DNA of 64,000 nt from the NCBI RefSeq assembly GCF_006345805.1, contig NC_042999.1:22196001-22260000 (forward strand), given 5' to 3'. Shown here one piece after another: positions 58,369 to 64,000 of the stretch. Under the pieces are notes generated by a model, which ran no database searches, was not told the DNA's origin, and was given only the letters and a program-made list of their open reading frames with translations. The DNA comes from Octopus sinensis. Lineage: Eukaryota. The translations under genes were made by a program, and so were the position numbers. How positions within the stretch are numbered: position 1 is the stretch's first letter; every line of letters starts with the position of its first letter.

Positions 58369-58788
58369 GGCGGCGAGCTGGCAGAAACGTTAGCTCGCCG
58401 GACGAACTGCGTAGCCGTATTTCGTCTGCAGGTTACGTTCTGAGTTCAAATTCCGCCGAGGTCGACTTTGCCTTTCATCCTTTCGGGATCGATTACATAA
58501 GTACCAGTTACGCACTGGGATCGATATAATCGACTAATCCGTTTGTCTGTCCTTGTTTGTCCTCTCTGTGTTTAGTCCATTGTGGGTAATAAAGAAATAG
58601 AAATAGGTATTTCGTCTGCCGCTACGTTCTGAGTTCAAATTCCGCCGAGGTCGACTTTGCCTTTCATCCTTCGGGGTTGATAAATTAAGTACCAGTTACG
58701 CACTGGGGTCGATATAATCGACCTAATCCGTTTGTCTGTCCTTGTTTGTCCCTTTTGTGGTAAACCCCTTGTGGGTAGTAAAGAAATA
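58369..58788 (+). mobile_element. SINE-B dimer with 16-bp TSD
   Basis: GGTATAACGTTACAAA at 58353-58368 and 58789-58804. Confidence 0.93.
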
Positions 58789-59367
58789 GGTATAACGTTA
58801 CAAATTGTAACGTGATACCAGACTCCAAATTGCACCAGTTTATACGGAGATTAACCATAATATTTTCTCATACAGCGACATAGTTAAACGCGGAATGCTG
58901 GGAGTGTAATATAAAAAAAAATGTTTTATTATTAAAATGATTATCAGCTTTAGCAAAGTTTAACGTTTTCATAGAAATCGTTCAAATATTACTAGGAAGT
59001 TGTTGATCTTTGTATTTGTGGGTATTAATAGTCAACAGGTTAACTTCAAATGACTCACCTGTGGCATATATAAAAGGGTGTCAAGCAAAACAGGTATCGC
59101 CGTCTGTTTGTTTGTTTTGTTTGTGTATGTGTGTGTCAGTGTGTATGCGCATGTGCGTGCGATGAATAGATTAACACAGAAAACATGCTCCTGTGCAGAA
59201 ACACAAATTCCAACATAGACATATAGATACAAATACACAGACACAAGCATGAACATACATACACATAAAGGTAGACGTCGTGAGATGTTTGTTTCATAAT
59301 TTTAATATGCAGGTACCTGTGTCTGAGTATGTGTGTGCGGTTCATGTTTTTATTACACTCTCTCTCA

Positions 59368-59833
59368 TTTACTCTTTTAATTGTTTCAGTCATTTGACTG
59401 TGGCCATCCTGGAGCACCGCCTTTAGTTGACCACATCGACCTCAGGACTTATTATTTGCAAGCCTAGTACTTATTCTATCGGTCTCTTTTGCGGAACCGC
59501 TAAGTTACGGGGACGCAAACACACCAGCATCGGTTATCAAGCGATGTTGGGAGGACAAACACAGACACACAAACATACACACACACACATACACTCACAT
59601 ACACACACACACACACACATCTATATAACTCTTTTACTCTTTTGCTTGTTTCAGTCATTTGACTGTGGCCATGCTGGAGCACCGCCTTTAGTCGAGCAAC
59701 TCCACCCCAGGACTTATTCTTTGCAAGCCTAGTACTTATTCTATCGGTCTCTTTTGCCGAACCGCTAAGTTACGGGGACGTAAACACACCAGCATCGGTT
59801 GTCAAGCGATGTTGGGGGCACAAACACAGATAC

Positions 59834-59871
<38 letters not shown>

Positions 59872-59900
59872 AAACACTCACAAACTCCCACACACACACA
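59368..59900 (-). mobile_element. Two tandem SINE-A 3' halves (59368-59620, 59629-59900)
   Basis: Each has the tail and body up to the (CA)n tract. Confidence 0.85.
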
Positions 59901-59912
59901 CATATATATATA

Positions 59913-60309
59913 TAGGCTCAGGAGTGGCTGTGTGGTAAGTAGCTTGCTTACCAACCACATGGTCCTGGGAGCAGACCCACTGCGTGACACGTTGGGCAAG
60001 CGTCTTCTATTGTAGCCTCGGGCCGACCAAAGCCTTGTGAGTGGATTTGGTAGACGGAAACTGAAAGAAGCCCGTCGTATATATATGTATATAATTGTGT
60101 GTGTGTGTGTTTGTGTGTCTGTGTTTGTCCCACCAACATCGCTTGACAACCGATGCTGGTGTGTTTACGTCCTCGTAACTCAGCGGTTCGGCAAAAGAGA
60201 CCATTAGAGTAAGTACTAGGATTACAAAGAATAAATCCTAGTGCCGATTTGCTCGACTAAAGGCGGTGCTCCGGCATGGCCGCACTCAAATGCCTGAAAC
60301 AAGTAAAAG
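59913..60309 (+). mobile_element. SINE-A copy
   Basis: Full-length. Confidence 0.9.
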
Positions 60310-60469
60310 TGTTATACATATGTATCTATATGTATGTGTGTATGTATATATTTATATATATATATATGTGTAATTATATATGTGTATATATGCGTGTGTA
60401 TATAATGCATATGAATATACGTCCAAGGAAATACATTTAATGTATGTGTATGTGCATTTGTGTGTATAG

Positions 60470-60917
<448 letters not shown>

Positions 60918-61214
60918 ATGCATGCTTGAGAGGGAGAAAATTACTCTTTTATCTTTTATGGGCGTGTGTGTATGCATATATGCATCAGTTATTTTATCAT
61001 TAGTATGTACCCTCTGCCTCCGTGTGTCAAGAAAGTAGAAGGAAAACGTAGATCAGTGCATAACATTGATAAATTGCATTAAACAACATAATGCCTAATC
61101 TAGTCCTTGATATCTGACTATGATATATAAATGTTTGAGCTTTGAATAAATGAATATATTTCAGTTCAGCTAGCAAACGTCAATGCGAATATAAGTCAAT
61201 GACTAGGTTCCTCT

Positions 61215-61487
61215 CTGTGTGTGTGTGTGTCTGTGTCTGTGTGTGTCTGTGTGCGTGTGACTGTGTGTGTCTGTGTCTGTGTCTGTGTACGTGCGGTCGT
61301 TTGGTCGGGTCGCGAATGTATATGAATGTATATTTATGTGAACATATATATATATATATCTGTGTGTTTATATATATATATATTTATAAGGATATATATG
61401 TATGGATATATGCGTGTGTGTATATATATTTATTTATACGCATACATTTATACATACTTGCATACATACATATATATATATATATAC

Positions 61488-61546
<59 letters not shown>

Positions 61547-61746
61547 GATTTATTTATGTATTTAATTACATATGTATATATGTATATGCATGTATACCTG
61601 AAGGTGCGTGTATCTGTATGTATGTATGTATGTATGTATGTATGTATTTATAGATATATGTATGTATGTATTTATAGATATATATGTATGTATTTATTTA
61701 TATATAAATATATGTATTTATATATATATATATAGATACATATATA

Positions 61747-61800
<54 letters not shown>
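61215..61800. repeat. Compound TG/TA/TATG microsatellite field
   Basis: Direct reading. Confidence 0.9.
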
Positions 61801-61801
<1 letters not shown>

Positions 61802-61999
61802 ATCACGTGTGCAAAGAATTTATCGAAATCGTTGATTTGTATCTTTTTCCCATGTAGCATTATCATTTAAAAGCCATTCATTCCGCCAGAAGATTCCCTG
61901 ATAGCTAATACATCTAACTGCAGAACTTTAAAGCATGCCACGAAAGCGCTTCGCTTTCGAAAGCTGCTCGTTGTATTAAGTATACTGACGCCGTCTATT

Positions 62000-62145
62000 T
62001 TGATGTGGCTGACGTAAGCTTTCTCGTTTTCGAAAATTCTGCGTTTGGAAATGTGATAATGCTTCCTTAAATCAGAGGATTTTTGAAGCGTTTCTCTCTG
62101 TCTATATAAAGATGGTGTGCCTCATGATTTCGATCAGTGCTATAT
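62000..62145 (+). promoter_or_regulatory. Possible TATA-Inr core promoter
   Basis: TATATAAA at 62103-62110 and TCAGTG at 62134-62139 (A about 31 nt from TATAAA); TGACGTAA upstream. Confidence 0.25.
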
Positions 62146-62357
62146 GGTGCTCATCCAGCACACTTAATATATGAACTATTATAGCATTCAGCAAATATAT
62201 CGTGTTGTGTGCCGTTGGACCAAAGCTTCCAATGGTAAAATCCCGTGCCGTCACGCAACTGAACTAGAAATTGTATGAGGATTTCAAGTAACCAAATAGC
62301 ATCTTATTGTAAAGCTGCTTTTAATCTTATTACTCACCTAAAATCATGGAACACATT

Positions 62358-62683
62358 GGCATGGTTCTCCGTCGGTTACGACTACGAGCGTTACATTTGA
62401 TCCTATCAACCAAACAGCCTGCTCGTGAAATTAACGTACAAATGGCTGAGCCCTCTTCAGAGGTGCGTAACTTTAACGTATTTCTCCGGGAGATTCACTG
62501 CGACTCAGAATGTGACAAGGCTATCCCTTTTAATCACAGGCACAAACCCTTTTTTCAAGTTGAATCGATTGAAAAAATGGGAAATAAAATATCTTGCTCA
62601 AGGACGCAGCGTGTCGCCGGGATTTGAACACACGATCTTACGATCGTAGGCCAAATGCCGTAGCCACCAAGCCACGCGTCTTC
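62358..62683 (-). mobile_element. SINE family D (tRNA/CORE-like head plus D tail), diverged
   Basis: ccgtcggttacgac...cagcctgctcgtgaaattaacgt...cttgctcaaggac...cgatcgtaggcc...ccaagccacgcgtcttca. Confidence 0.8.
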
Positions 62684-62794
62684 ATAGCCATGTTATAGAT
62701 AGATACATACATACATACATACATACATACATACATACATTATTCGAATGATAATGTATTTTATCGATCCCAGCAGTCTAAAAGGTGCAGTTCA

Positions 62795-62945
62795 TTTCAG
62801 CTGAGGTCGACTTTGCCTTTCATCCTTTCGAGGTCGATTAAATAAGTACCAGTTACGCACTGGGGTCGATATAATTGGCTTAATCCGTTTGTCTGTCCTT
62901 GTTTGTCCTCTCTGTGTATAGCCCCTTGTGGGCAGTAAAGAAATT
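62795..62945 (+). mobile_element. 5'-truncated SINE-B
   Basis: ctgaggtcgactttgcctttcatcc...gccccttgtgggcagtaaagaaa. Confidence 0.85.
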
Positions 62946-63599
62946 ATATTTTCGTCGTCTTATTCAATGAGAGTACGCAGCGCACATAAATTTACGTCAG
63001 CAGATATTATGGGGTTAAATTCGGTTTCGATTCCTATCCTAATCACTTTGATTTCAATTCAAACGCTTATTTTCTGGGTTAACGCCTGAATTACTTAACT
63101 TCTCTTTCCTCTTCAATAAAAATTGATTTCCCAAAGTATATGGTTACTTTCTAATGAAATTGACGAACATTTAGTTTCGTCAGTCTCACAGGGATGTAAA
63201 GTAAATTTTGCTGACAGCGGGATTTGCAGTATAAAGTTTAGAAAGATATTAACAAATATATTTTGAGTGTTGTTGTATTGTCTAAACATTGTAAACTCTA
63301 GAATGTGATATCTAATCAGGCATTTTAGAAATGATACACAAGGCTTCCATAAATTGATAGATAATTCTCACAACTGCATTTTTACAGTAAGTTTGTTACC
63401 TTACTGCATTTTTACAGTAAGTTTGTTACCTTACTCATCTCGATTTCAACCTTTAGGGGATGATATTTTTCCTCGAAACTTTGCAGGGTCAATAAATACC
63501 ATCCAGCCATTAAAGACTACGGGTGTGTGTAAATAAACTTAATCTAGTTTATATATCGGTTTCAAATTTTGGCACAAGGTAGGCAATTTCGAAGGAAAG

Positions 63600-64000
63600 G
63601 TCAGTCGATTACATCGATCCCAGTTCTCAACTGGTACTTATTTTCTCGACCACGCAAGAATGAAATGTAAAGAAGGCTTCGGCGGAATTTGAACTCAGAA
63701 TGTGGAGAGCCGGAAGAAGAGCCGTTCATCACCTTGTCCCATGTGCTAACTTTTCTTATTTCTTTACTACCCACAAGGGGCTACACACAGAGAGGACAAA
63801 CAAGGACAGACAAACGGATTAAGTTGATTATATCGACCCCAGGGCGTAACTGGTACTTATTTAATAGACCTTGAAAGGATGAAAGGGAAAGCCGACCACG
63901 GCGGAATTTGAACTCAGAACATAACGGCAGACGAAATACCTATTTCTTTACCACCCACAAGGGGATAAACACAGAGGGGACAAAAAAAAGAAAAAAAAAG
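63600..64000 (-). mobile_element. Young SINE-B units (63756-64000) joined to an older diverged SINE-B (63600-63755)
   Basis: Minus-strand junction gtagtaaagaaata|agaaaagttagc. Confidence 0.85.

Noticed and set aside
63373-63432. 30-bp tandem duplication containing ttttacag and gtaagt
   Set aside because: Simple local duplication with no exon context

Overview
This window is AT-rich, microsatellite-dense eukaryotic DNA made almost entirely of transposon debris. The SINE families and repeat style suggest an octopus (cephalopod) genome; this is an inference from recognition, not a database result. There is one 100-N scaffold gap (21420-21519). No intact host protein-coding gene, rRNA, bona fide tRNA or CRISPR array is supported, and most ORFs in the supplied track are microsatellite or SINE artefacts. 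The supported content is: about 40 tRNA-derived SINE copies in several families (labelled A-F here; these labels are mine); fragments of CR1, RTE, R4/Dong, Tx1/L1 and Penelope-like retroelements; three mariner relics; a Helitron-like 3' end; several long inverted repeats; and a 1388-bp tandem duplication. The most interesting signals are four. (1) At least six minimal type I hammerhead-ribozyme folds from five unrelated sequence families lie in Penelope-like termini. One is fused behind a tRNA-like Pol III head in a TSD-bounded insertion (35411-35716), making a candidate ribozyme-bearing SINE mobilised by Penelope-like elements. (2) SINE-B shares its 3' stem-loop/AATAAAGAAA tail with the Tx1-like LINE fragments and appears to nest into its own copies at two recurring junctions. 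(3) Tx1-like and R4/Dong-like elements stack at specific targets (TTCAGAGCTGC, (GATA)n, (TAA)n). (4) SINE-A shares its tail with CR1. A few weak host-gene signals (one candidate exon with branch point and acceptor at 650-787, and two promoter-like sites) are reported at low confidence.
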